From assembly GCA_011109175.1 (NCBI GenBank), contig RDEW01000122.1, positions 1 through 57,126 on the forward strand: a stretch of DNA of 57,126 bases. Direction: 5' to 3'. The DNA is from Dicyema japonicum (Eukaryota > Animalia > Dicyemida). A program made the translations under genes and the position numbers. Of the stretch, positions 12,209 to 23,670 are shown piece by piece (the stretch's first letter is position 1; every line of letters begins with the position of its first letter). The notes under the pieces are model-generated. The model worked only from the letters and a program-made list of their open reading frames with translations, was not told the DNA's origin and made no database searches.

Positions 12209-12330
12209 CCATCCAAAGAGTACCCCGCCGACATTATCGACGTTGTGTTGCATCTCACGATTGCAACAGAGATCAATTGAAGAAGCCTTTATTATAAAGT
12301 TCTGAGGATCCGTTTACCATGCCATAGTTC
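12209..12330 (-). mobile_element. CRE-like RLE C-terminal fragment
   Basis: RLLQLISVAIVRCNTTSIMSAGYSLDG. DNA is homologous to 681-742. Confidence 0.6.
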
Positions 12331-13564
12331 ACCTATTGGCCGCGTCCCACTTAATAATCGCTGGTCTTTTACAAGCAAGTGAGGTCTATTAGGTAACCTA
12401 ACTAACTTTCTCTCAAAAACTCTCGGAAGCAATAAAACGCTGGCTCTTCACCATCTACCGCAAGTTAATTTATGTAATATCGATTTACGGATGATCGTAA
12501 AAATCATTGATTTTTAGACAAATGGAAAACATAGATTAAAAAATTTGAACAAATAAAATATTTATCAACTAATAAATATCCACAATATTTCTATATAATA
12601 CAAAACAACGTATAAGACGAGTGGGAGTATGAGATCAACGTCATGCCGTCTGACCTCTTCCCGTCGCCTCTGTCAAGCCCAAAGGTTCCAATTGGGTCGG
12701 AAATCATGGGTCGGAAATCATGAGGAAACCATGAGTTGAGCAAAAATGTGTTAAGTTTATAAATTTGTTTAGAGACCCGTCTCTAGAGTTAGAAACTCTA
12801 GAACTTGAGTCATAAATTCGAGAACTAGAGTAGCTGCTAGAAAACCTGAGAAAAAGTAACTTGTGGAAGTTTTTCTTTTAAATTTTTTTATTAAATGTTA
12901 GTTTCTTTATTTTATAATTGTTGTTTTATGACTGTTTAATTAAGATATTATGTTTTATTATTGGAGTCACTTAGATTTTGGATCACTTCATTGAGGACTC
13001 TCTTTCTCTTTAACCTTGTCAAAGGGTCAGATGTTATCAAGTCTAATTCGAAGGGAAGAACAAATTAGCGATATTGAAAATTATCGAATCGTTGATACAT
13101 GTACAATACGGTAATAGTCACCAAACTAATTAAGTGATCCGGTTTTCTTTATCACTTTCGCTATTGTCACTCTGTGCTCATCGAGGGACACATCGCTCCC
13201 GGAAGTGTCTCGCTTGTGCCTAAACAGAAAGTCAATCTGGGACGGATGTCTGAAGAACGGTCGTTCATTTTCAGAACGCACCAAGGATGAACATATTGGA
13301 TTCTTTTGTTTTTGGTAGAACCGGAGGAATCCGCTGTCATTCTTTCTTGGTCGATCTCAGATCGACATCACACTATGTTCCCCTCTTTCTTCTACACGAA
13401 TAAATTGGTCCGTCATCTATGACAGTAGAAGTGACTACATCCTTTTGTCTTTCTTGGGACAGTCATAGACATTGCTTCCTAAACGATATTATTGATATAT
13501 CTATCTCAATGGACAAAAAGTTATTAATTTTCAGAAACTTAAAATAACATTAGCAGAGTCAATA

Positions 13565-13730
13565 TCCAGTTGAGTGGGAAAGAGCAAATGATCCTTTTTG
13601 TGCAAGCCAGGCACTTGGCGCCACCTAGACAGGTTGATCACATGAGGTCACTCTAGTAGGAAGAAAGACGAGGGACAGACATACAAACAGAAAACTTCAA
13701 CCAATTATCCATACAGCACCACATGGCGCC
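13565..13730 (-). mobile_element. Non-autonomous element, copy 3 (3'-truncated)
   Basis: Reverse complement CCATGTGGTGCTGTATGGATAATTGGTTGAAGTTTTCTG...GCACAAAAAGGATCATTTGCTCT aligns with copy 1. Confidence 0.8.
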
Positions 13731-14119
13731 ACGCGGCGATATATCACTTCGAAGTGGTGGACTTGGAGACATTAGATATGTGGAGTTGCGTTTTTATCTT
13801 GGTACAGAATTTGGAGGATGGGCAATTTAAAAAATTCAGAAAACAAAATTGACACGTGTTTTACGGCCATAAACCGCAATCAGTCTACAGCCAAAATCTG
13901 TAATCCGTAAAATTTCTAGGGCAAATTTAAGGCCACTCAAAGACGAAAACAACCAAAGGACCAAATACCTCATGTCATGAATCAGATCAGGTTAACATAT
14001 TCAACTGTTTCTAATGGGATTCCTATCATACTCCTGGATTATCTGGGTAACGAGGATAATACTATACTGACTAAAGTCTATCAATCACAATTCGATTTAT
14101 ACGTTAAATCGCGAACATC

Positions 14120-14530
14120 TTGTCTCTTGATAATGAAAAACCAAAAAAACCAGATTTACTCAATGCTCGAATGACAAAAATTTTAGAGATGCTAATCCTT
14201 GTGAAAATCAAAAGCATTCTTCCTGACAGAAAGTTCCAGCATGGATTTAAAAAAAGACAGATCAACATCAGTCATCTAATCTCCGAGATCAGCTTCATTC
14301 ATTCTGACTTTTTTAACAAACCCAATATCAGAAGACTTCTATGTACAGTTGATATATGTAAAGCTATTGACTCCATTCCCAGGACGAATCGTACTTGGAA
14401 AATATTCCAGACGGACATTCCTGGGAATTTCAAACTCTGCCTCGCAAAATTTCTTAGCGAGTAGTTGGGAACGTTCGATCAGTCTAGTGGCTATTTCCTA
14501 ATGAAGTACCTCAGGGCTCACCACTTTCGT
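14120..14530 (+). mobile_element. Degenerate LINE RT fragment
   Basis: KILEMLIL...FQHGFKK...TVDICKAIDSIP...FKLCLAKFLSE, then a broken VPQGSPLS. Confidence 0.8.
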
Positions 14531-14679
14531 CTTCATGTCTTTTCAAAGGAATTCTGTTGTCTCGTCAGGAACTTTCCAATAGAGGTGAAAATATATATTT
14601 ATTTAAGACTTAAAGACTGCTTTGGTGTAGAGATTTGATTTTTCAAGTGGGACAACAGTAAAAGATAAAAACACTTAAT

Positions 14680-14910
14680 TATTACTTCCAAGATCACCGG
14701 ATCAAAGTAAAAGAAATAAACGTTCTCAACTAACTATGTGATCCCAGACCGACAAGGAAAAGACGAGTTTGGCGGGGTCAAGAATCTTGTACAGTTCTTC
14801 TCATCGGGACACGGCATCGGCTCAACTTTCTGCATGATTGTAGATATTTCGATGATGGATGGAACAGAGGGCAGCTTGGTAAACTAGCCTGCTTAAAGAG
14901 TTTCAGTTGT
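14680..14910 (-). mobile_element. 3' end of Vingi-like LINE subfamily B
   Basis: Reverse complement aligns with 5190-5415. Ends TCCGG-TGATC-TTGGAAGTAATAATTAA. Confidence 0.85.
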
Positions 14911-14924
14911 AACTCATATATTTA

Positions 14925-15365
14925 TTTTTATTTTAATAACCCGGGAACACCGAGAAAGAAAGACAAAAGAGTCAAACAGTTAGGTGATCCCAGTCCTCGC
15001 AATCACTTGTGCCATTCGACGTCTGTGATCTACCATCGTCCCCACTACTTTCCGGAAGAGCCTTCTTTCGGTCTTGCAGAGGAATCCGATCGGGGAGGAG
15101 AATTTCTTATCCAATCGGTTTTCTTGACATGGGAAGGATAGGCGAAGCGGATTTCCATCTTCCTCACAGACGCGAAGAAATCGGGAGCCACGACTACGGA
15201 TCTTAGCTTCCATGAGTAGTGGGTCGACTGTTGATCCATTACATGGGCAAAGCATACTTGATTGTTTTCCGGTATATCGAGTTGATTTTGGACCATAGAC
15301 TCCGATAGCCCGAATCTCCATGCACAGAGGCATACTCAATGGCAGGCGCGATTTGTTTGTTTGAC
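14925..15365 (-). mobile_element. 5'-truncated young copy of LINE subfamily A
   Basis: Near-identical by eye (roughly 95 percent) to 29341-29775. Confidence 0.95.
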
Positions 15366-17059
15366 TCATGAGGAGTTAGATATTTGGAATAGGCTTTTAA
15401 AGACTTTTATTATGAAAAAGTTTTAATTTTTTATATTTTAAGTATAAATATGTTTTGAGGCCTTGCATGAACAATCCACTTCTTCAAATTTGTCCACATA
15501 TCACATCAGCCTTCTCAATTGTAATCCCAGGCTATTAATTTAATTTTAGTCGAATTTACAGTTGTGGAACCTGTGTATTTGGGAATCAATGTCAGGGAAT
15601 ATCCAAGTTATATTGTTATTATATCCAAGTTATATTGTTAGGATATCAAAAGACAGGACTTAACGGCGGTGAATTTTGTATTTTAATAATTTACATGATG
15701 ATTAATTGAGTACTCTATCTTTGATACTCACTACCATGAATCAATTTGGAATCTCATGAGGGGATTGCCTCGGGAGTTCGATGTAGATATGATATTGGTT
15801 GTATAATGTTATATGGAATTTTAGGAATTTAATTTATTACTAAAGCTAAGGTCATTGCTTCTTGTCTTTAATCTGATTCTATTAGGAATATGAGTCTTAT
15901 AAATGGGTAAAGAGTTGAGATCTAATGAACCATTGCATTTTCCGAGTATGGAGGTTCACGTAACTATACATGGTTCATATCTGTTCTTTTATTGACTAAT
16001 TTATATGGAATAACTGTTTTGAGATGTTAAAGCCTATAACTTCTAACGTAAGATTGTTATTTTGTCTTCCATGGAAGGGATTGCTCGTCTCCGGTATCAT
16101 GGAATCTCAAAGAAGTATGCTTGATAATATAATCACCATGTCAAGAGACCAATGTGTTTCGTACTGGGATGATTGTTTATTGGACCATTTCAGCAATTAG
16201 GCTATGAAGAACATATTGGATATAAGCCCCGAGAAGTCATACACAATTATATTTATCTCAAATAGGAGAACAACAAAACTCTTTACTTTCCTTATCCCTT
16301 AATCCTCTTCACGAACTCTATCAAAGTTATTTGGTTTCAAGTGAATAGTTGATCGATCTATAAATTTGTGTTGAACACAATACGAAGGGTTGACTAATAT
16401 AGTTGATTTGATAGGTATTGGCTCTGAGAGCGAGAATCTCCAAGTGTCAAAGGTGTACTCTCCAGCCGATAGTAGTCTCTGTAAGTAAAGTTTTGGGACT
16501 GATTCGTCAGATCGAAAGGAGTTCTCTAGACGATTGCATCTGAAATATTTAGTATAGCATGAATCGTGAGCTTTATCAATCTGTTGTATGTAACTCTGAA
16601 ATTGTAAGGGAACTCGTTGTGAGTATTCACACGTGGAAATAAAGATTCCGTTCAGAAGTGAATAGTACGAACGTTAGTTCTACTGAGAAATGGTTGACTG
16701 TCAACCAATAGTACATACTGTCAAGCTTCACTTGAACATTGGAAGCTATTTTTGACGCGGAAAGGTTTCTGATTATAATAAAAAATAAGTGTGGTGTGTT
16801 AATCTGAATAGTGAGTCTTTACATTGGAATTATCTGTCATTTATTTATCCCTGTACCTGTACAACAATGGTCTGTACTTGTATTTTTTAAAAGCCTTTTC
16901 ACGAGAGCCATAGTATTTATAGCTCCGCATAGGCAGGACACACTTGTAAAAATTCTTTAATGTTTATTCCAGTAATAATCCAATTTGTGCCACGTTATCT
17001 GTTTCTGGAGGAGTTCCGGATGGTATCAAAAAGGATTATTCACCTTATCTTACTCTATT

Positions 17060-17200
17060 GGATCATTTCTTAACTCAGTGTTTCACGGGGCATCACCCGA
17101 GACAAGTGGATAACGTCACAGCAGAAAAAAAGAGATAAAAGGAAAAGAAACCTTCTACCGACTAGCCAGTGGGGGGAATCGAACCCAGGACCAATTGCTA
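17060..17200 (-). mobile_element. tRNA-headed SINE-like remnant
   Basis: Minus strand GGTCCTGGGTTCGATTCCCC (T-arm/B-box), then TGGCTAGTCGGTAGAAGGTTTTCT, a pyrimidine tract and ATCCACTTGTCTCGGGTGATGCC. The last three segments resemble the 6432 family. Confidence 0.5.
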
Positions 17201-17849
17201 TGTTAATAAGTTGACAATAATTTTAAACAAAAAATGTAAATCAACATGCAAGGTCAAACGAACTATAAGTTTAATAACTTATAATTAGATAATTCGGCTT
17301 CAGTGTTTTATTGAAATTGTCTTCATTTTTTTCTAGTTTATTACTAACACCATTAATGGTACAATCTATCAATCTATTATACTCCCACATATCCATCACT
17401 TCTTAATATTTGAAGCTGTTGTTGTCTGTCAAACGATACTTTGGCGTTCTCAAACTTCTTCAGGTTCTTTGTACTTATTTTCGGTTGTTTTCATCTATCA
17501 CTTATGCTAATTGCCAATCTATTAACAGGGTCTTGATTCTCCGACATTCTCAGTGATAGTCGATTTTCACGTTCTTGCTGATTAATCTTTAAATGATATG
17601 TTAATTGTACTCTTATAATATTTAATTTCTTTTTTTTGATATTATTCTCATTTTTAATTTCTCAAAAGACTCCATAAGAAAATTACGAAATTTTGCCGCT
17701 TTATACTAATGTTGACAATTATTTTAAATATTATTTTTTAATCAATAAATTAACTTTATTTAATAAAAAACAAAATTAATCAAAAAAGTGAGTTTGTTTC
17801 TTAAAAAAGTCAATGTTCACAGAATGATTCCATCATAAGTAAGTATAGG

Positions 17850-18350
17850 ATTTTACCTATTTACGACAAACAGAAGACTAGGGAAAGTATCAATTGACAC
17901 TTGATGGGAAGAATATCCCGCAAAACAACTACCAGAAATTCATGGGAGTTACCTTAGACATTTTCTTACGTTTACAAAACATGTCGAAAATATGTTATTG
18001 ACTTGTTCGAGGAAAATCAACCTCCTGAAAGCGTTCTTGGGAAAACTAAGAGACATAAAAGTTCTGAATGGACTGGATGTCATATACAAACGGTTCATCG
18101 AAGCTACAATAGGATACGTATGTAATGTCTGGAGATCTAACCTTGCTGCAACGAATTTGGACAAGATCTGCAATATTTAAGCGAGATCAGCAAACCTACT
18201 ACGGAAATCTTCCCGTGTGGAAATCCTGCCAGAAATTTTGAAAATATGATAGAGGCGAATGGAACAGTGTTCCTGCGAAGGACTCGAATATGCGGACCCC
18301 GTCCATATCGGAAATGCGCAGGAAAACAGTCGGAATACTGAAAAAAATGA
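17850..18350 (+). mobile_element. Degenerate LINE RT C-terminal fragment
   Basis: KFMGVTLD...FTKHVEN...SRKINLLKAFLG...VIYKRFIEATIGYVCNVW. Confidence 0.7.
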
Positions 18351-18772
18351 AAAGATTGTTTAGGGAGGCCGGGATCAACTGAATTTTGTTTATTTCAATA
18401 ATAATAATATAAATAAGTAAATGTCTGATAATCATTGGACCTTTCAAGGTCATAAAATGTAACGGACTGTCCATGCGTAACATGAATGTGACATGATAAT
18501 TATGTATGTTGGATCAAATTATAATTAGTGATGTCTAGTGATTTGAATCTCTTCAAGACTAGAAGATCCTTGGGAGCGTAGTTGGTTCCGTGAACGTCTA
18601 TGAATTTCATCGTTCGCATCAATACTCACTGTACTTTTGTAGGCGGTCCCTGACTTATTTTTTTCTAATGATAGTGTTACTTAGCCAGGAAAAATCTCCA
18701 AAACATACCACAACAAAATAATTCGAATAAACATTCAAAATTAAGCAAAACAAACGTAAACAAGCATAATCA

Positions 18773-19338
18773 TTAATTCCATTTTTTAGCAAAAGTCGGA
18801 GTTTCAGGCACTGTCAGTTTTTTAGGAGTTATGAGTGGCAGTTTTTGTGCCTTATATAAAGATTTAGGAACAGGCTTAGCCTTGAACACTGGCAGATTCA
18901 TATTAGTAGTGTCTTTCAACGCAGCATTGAAGGGCTTAGTAGATTTGACGGCAGGTTTGGGGGGTACATAAGCTGTGCTTAGGATCTTTTTATTAACAGG
19001 ATTCGCCTTAAATTTTTTCCTTAGTGTTTATTTAATCAATACTTTAATTCATCCTCTTCCAATTCTCGGGTACTTTTGACTTCAGGTCTTCTTGTCCTGA
19101 TGGCCGAAAATTTGAATTCGTTAGGGATTGTTATTTTCAATTTGCTACGTATTCGATCTAAGGTTTATATAAATCATACTAAATTCTCTTTGAGCAAGAT
19201 ATACAATATCCGGCTTCTAATTTTATTATTTTTGTTACCTTGCTGCCAGCCTGCTGAGAGTCTATTAATTAAAATTACATGATTACTCATATTATTTTCT
19301 GTTTTGTTGCTTTTTTTAAACAAATCGTTACGTGACAT
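18773..19338 (-). CDS. TPX2: Intact 5-exon TPX2-like microtubule-associated protein (157 aa)
   Basis: Exons 19338-19287, 19261-19239, 19216-19180, 19157-19043 and 19019-18773. GT-AG introns are 25, 22, 22 and 23 nt. The spliced 474 nt are open from ATG to TAA. Motifs KITIPNEFKF, STRELEEDELKKKFKANPVNKKIL, FKAKPVP and KLTVPETPTF resemble TPX2 repeats. The gene structure is strong; the family call is moderate. Confidence 0.8.
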
Positions 19339-19939
19339 TTATCGGCAAAAAACAACAAGCCTCTATATTTTATTTATTTATTTTATTTATTCAATAAAAT
19401 CAAAATTAATTAAATAAAATTGGTGATTTTAATTTAATTATCTAATTATAAATGTCATGAATTTTATATTATTTAATAAAAGTACCTATTATTTACACAT
19501 AACTAATTTTCCCTTTAGTTTTTTCCTTGGATTACTTAGTTATGACTTTTTGTGCAGGGCTTACAATTGTAAGCCTGGGGTTAATAATAATACACATAGC
19601 TATAATAACCAAAAAGGATCTCTCTTTCCTATTTAAAATCATTCACTATCTCAGAAATTGCTATGAAAATTTCTAAATGGAGTAATCTTGGAAATTCTTC
19701 ATTGATATTATGCTGGAAACATTATTATAGCTTTCAGAGTTAATTTATCGATTAAAAGGAACCGTAGTACAATATTAATCATTTGCCGATAAATATATTA
19801 TCCCATCCTTACGATATCAATGTTAATGAACAACTCCCGCTAAATTGGAATTAAATGCTACTCCAGCACTGGCAATTTCTACCTCAGCTTCATAGAAAGA
19901 AGATCCATCTTTTATAAATTAGAATAATCCATAATAGGA

Positions 19940-20525
19940 TCTCTACGACTGGGATTAAAAGTCTTTGTTCCACTTCCGTACCGATGCGGAAACCAATTCG
20001 ACTGTTTTGGCCTACACCCTCTCTCTGCAGGCAGATTTCCCAGACACATCGCCTTGAACGAATTCGTTAGATGACCCTTGGACGCCGCCGGATATCCCTC
20101 TATGCTCAAACCAGTCGGTCTCTACAGGCAGGATGGAGAATGACCAGATGGGATTCATATCTCACTTTTGAAGCCAAGAAACCTCTTCTCTGGGACGTTA
20201 CCTGCACCGATACGTCTTCCCTTCGCAACCTACTAGAGAGCTTATTGAGCCTGTTCTGCCGCTAAGAAGGCCAAGAAATGGAAACGGTAAAGGTACGCAG
20301 TAATACCCGAGGATTTTTGTTTTTTCCACTCACTGTTGAGACGTCTCGTTCCCTCGCGCTTGCGACGGTGGAATTCTTGAGTCGTCTATGGAATCGGATT
20401 TCTATACGATCAGGAGACCCTCGTGAGCGCTGCTGGTTATTTAAGCGAATCTCGCTCGTCATCCTGAGAAGGAATTTAAGCAGTCAAGGCAGCAGATATA
20501 TGAACATTTGTTCTCTTTTTTCCTA
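19940..20525 (+). mobile_element. CRE-like retrotransposon 3' portion (zinc knuckle plus RLE), disrupted
   Basis: LRLGLKVFVPLPYRCG..FGLHPLSAGRFPRHIALNE..AGYPSMLKPVGLYRQDG.*PDG..LLWDVTCTDT..FFPLTVET..SGDPRERCWLFKRISLVILRRN. A-rich 3' flank. Confidence 0.88.
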
Positions 20526-20924
20526 AATAAATTATTAAATAATTAAAAGGACAATTTTATTGGGTTAATAAATTTAAAAAAAGATAAAAAGGTGACGTTT
20601 ATTAAGTGCAACCGTAATAGCAAGTGACAAACAAAATTAAAGTTAGAAAGTCGAAGCACAGCAATGCGATATATTCCTATTTCGGATTTAAAAGAAAACC
20701 GTTTGAATAGCCAGCCAGCATCGCTCTTGAAGTTCATCTGAGTGGGATGAGATTAGGTTGCCGAATTTTTTTTAAATCGTAGGACAAAAGTCTGAGGCCG
20801 TCAAAGGTGCCCATTGCGGAAAAATTATTATATCACCGAAAAAGTCAGCACATTTCCTATGCTTCAATCTCGTAGCTTTACATCTTCTATTGGTAGTAAG
20901 AAAATTAATTTTTTTTCAATTTAT

Positions 20925-21200
20925 AAAACAAGACATCCAGCAGGCGCAGTCTGCCGGATCGGCTGCCGATCTGGCCGAGAAAATCAAGATTAAAAATATG
21001 GCGAAATTGGACACCGCTACCGTTTTGTACCAATGGCAATCGAGACGTCTGGTGCGGTCGGAAGTATTACAGCCTTTTTCCTGAAGGAAATCGGGGGAAT
21101 TTGGCCCACCGCAAGAAAGACGTGCAGGAAGCGGTTTGGCTGAGGCAACGAATTGGGAGTTGTCCGCTGACAAGCTTACTCCGTAATGTCAGCAGCCGCT
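20925..21200 (+). mobile_element. Second CRE-like RLE fragment (different subfamily)
   Basis: AGSAADLAEKIK.KYGEIGHRYRFVPMAIETSGAVG..FLKEIG, with frameshifts. Confidence 0.8.
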
Positions 21201-21244
21201 CTCCCCATAGTTAATATTATTATTATTAAAAACCAAAAATCACA

Positions 21245-21760
21245 GACAAATTAAATAACTACATAGTCGTCAGGTGATTCCGGCCACCTCGAGTAGCCAT
21301 CTCATTCTTGCTCGGTGTTCTTCCCGGTTACAACGCACTACCGGATTGGGCGGGGGTTTCTAACTTTTTGGAGGGTAGTAAGGCTCCGGTTTTCCTCACT
21401 AGTTCCTCAAAAAGTGTAGGGTTTAGAGGTGTCCAAGAAAACCTTTGCAAAGCCTTACTGGCCATTTTTTAGAAGGTATGGATTTTTTCTATATTTCTGT
21501 TTGATAGGTTGGTTCCCCATGCAGCACACCCGTAAGTTAGAGACGGTTGAAGTTTGTCAATCTTCTGTTTGTTGTGAAATTGTTGTATAAGACTTTTCGG
21601 GACTTGTATGTAGAATGTTCTTAACGAGCCAACAGTTCAGATCGTCCAATGAAGCTTGTATCCGGTAAACAGCATATTAACGCACTGGTTTTTGACTGCG
21701 ACAATTATATCATCCGCATATGTCAGAACCAGAGTATCGTCACTGGTAAGGGAGGCATAT
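21245..21760 (-). mobile_element. Degenerate, internally deleted LINE RT plus 3' region
   Basis: Minus strand LVLTYADDIIVAVK...LQPSLTYGCAAWGTNLS. Confidence 0.7.
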
Positions 21761-21907
21761 CATTTAAGAATAGGTGTGGTGAAATAATATTTATTGTTAA
21801 ATAAATTAATATATAAACATTAATCAAGAAATTAAATTACAATTTACTTATAATTGTTAATTTTTAAATTATTTAAAAATAATTTAATATATTTTTGCGC
21901 GATTGTT

Positions 21908-22920
21908 ATGGAACGAATAAAGAGAATGGAATATGTAAATTTCACAGCAGGATCAGTCCCAATAAAGAATAAAAAAGTAACTAACCCATATAAAAACAGT
22001 TATGGGTGGTATTCATGAAAAAATTCAAAGTAAAGATATTCATCATTTGAATGTAGCCAGACTTTGCAGATGATGACAACACATCTGGAAGTGAAGTCTA
22101 GAGAGAAAGACTCACTAAATCAACCTTCGTATGATTTTTACTGGGGATCAACCTGATTTGAAGTTAGCAAATACTGACTTTATAAAGTACTTTCCAAATT
22201 TTATCCCAGCTTAGAGTGGAGTCAAAAGTGAGCACGTTGATGAAGAAGAGGACGTTGAGGCAATTTACGAGCGGAGAATGCTTCTCAAACGTAAAATACT
22301 CGAGAGAGGTCAGAAGACAGTAGGAAGACGAGACTATAATATAGGAAAAGTCAAAGAGAATGAATATGACTCAGAAAAGGGGACGAAACGGATTTTGTAC
22401 CGTCTCCGTTGTTGAAAGCAGTGTTTATTCAACGGAAAAACAGGAAAAAAAGGTTTGAAATCTAACGTCAGAAATCGCTAATAACCAGAGGGATTCGACG
22501 TTAAGGACGATTGAAGAAGCAAACCGAGGGATATTTCCACTGAATTAGCTATTTGTGGCTTATGAACTCTGAGGATTTGGAAGATGAGGTGGTTTATGAA
22601 AGATTGAAGATTCGTGAATTTAGGAGGCTGAAAGAAAAGGAAGAGGAAAAGGAGCGGTATTAGAAGGCAAGATCAAGAGGATCCACGGTTTAACGGACCA
22701 ACAGAGGGAGGAGTTGTAACGACATGGTGGTAAAATCAATACAAACAACCAAATCGCGGGGAATATGGAATTTTTGTAAAAAGACTGCTATTTGGGGGCC
22801 TTTTACTTAGACAATGATGAGGTCTTTAAAAGGGATTTTTATCAGCTGACGTTGGACGATATTTTGATAGCGGTTTTTGCCGTCGTGGACCAATATACGA
22901 TTTTTTGTAGACTCTCCTGA
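21908..22920 (+). pseudogene. MFAP1: MFAP1 (spliceosomal B-complex protein) homologue with stops and frameshifts
   Basis: TAGSVPIKNKK, MKKFKVK..PDFADD, PLLKAVFIQRKNR, YERLKIREFRRLK and EFL*K...GAFYLDNDEVFKRDFYQLTLDD match MFAP1 in order. 23-nt GT-AG introns at 21977-21999 and probably 22187-22209. In-frame TAA/TAG present. Confidence 0.85.
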
Positions 22921-23514
22921 GGTGATCAGACGAAGGGAGATATGAGAAGGGTGGGAGGAATTGGTGGTGTTTACTCGAACTTTTGCTAAGAAATCTAAGA
23001 TGATTTGATTATTATTGCAATATTTGATGTAAATAATTTTATATTTTGAATTACTGGCTTTTATATTTGGAAACGTGTTAGACGAGTATGGTTTTTTAGC
23101 TTTAGAAAACCTCATTTTTAGTGAAATTTTTGAAAATCGTGTATGATTATGGAGACTAAAAACTATCTTGTTTTGAATTAATTTTAGCTACGTGTTGTTT
23201 GAAATACGAAGCAAAACCACAAAAACAATCAACCATGGAAGTCCCCCCATATTGCACATGCAACTATATTTTTAATTAGCATATAAACACTAAGAAATTG
23301 ATTCACTTTGTTAAACATTGATATCCCTTTTGTGTCAATTACAAGTTGCGGAGTGAAATGAACTATTTAATATTCTGAGAATTAAAACGACAGCAACTGA
23401 CCAGGCTCATCTTCTGAGAAGGCTGAGACCCTAAAGATAAAAATACGCATATTTTGGAGGACAATTCATCTTCGAATTAGTTGAGTCGAAACGACAAGAA
23501 TAATTGAAAGCAGG

Positions 23515-23670
23515 TCACTGACCCTGCTAAACAGTATCGGCTCGCTCATCGCGAAGATTAACGATAGGAGAAAGGAGCTGGCTCATTGAGAGCATTTTTT
23601 TGCAAATCGTAAAGAGAAATGCGTTTTCAATTATGAGAGCAGACAGCAGTTGCTAACTGTTAGTATTTGT
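23515..23670 (+). repeat. Dispersed ~155-bp repeat, copy 1
   Basis: CTGACCCTGCTAAACAG...AACGATAGGAGAAAGGAGCTGG...GAGAAATGCGTTTTCAATT..GAGAGCAG recurs at ~34444-34590. A weaker partial match lies at ~11785-11825. Confidence 0.8.

Noticed and set aside
17165-17200. Functional tRNA gene
   Set aside because: Only a T-arm and a possible acceptor 3' strand are present; there is no D-arm or anticodon arm upstream.
22770-22785. TAA/TAG reassigned to Gln (a TAA aligns with the Gln of MFAP1 FLQK, and the TPX2-like gene ends TAA TGA)
   Set aside because: All Gln in the TPX2-like gene and the many in DDX11 use CAA/CAG, and other in-frame stops align with Glu or Gly. CAA-to-TAA decay explains the case.
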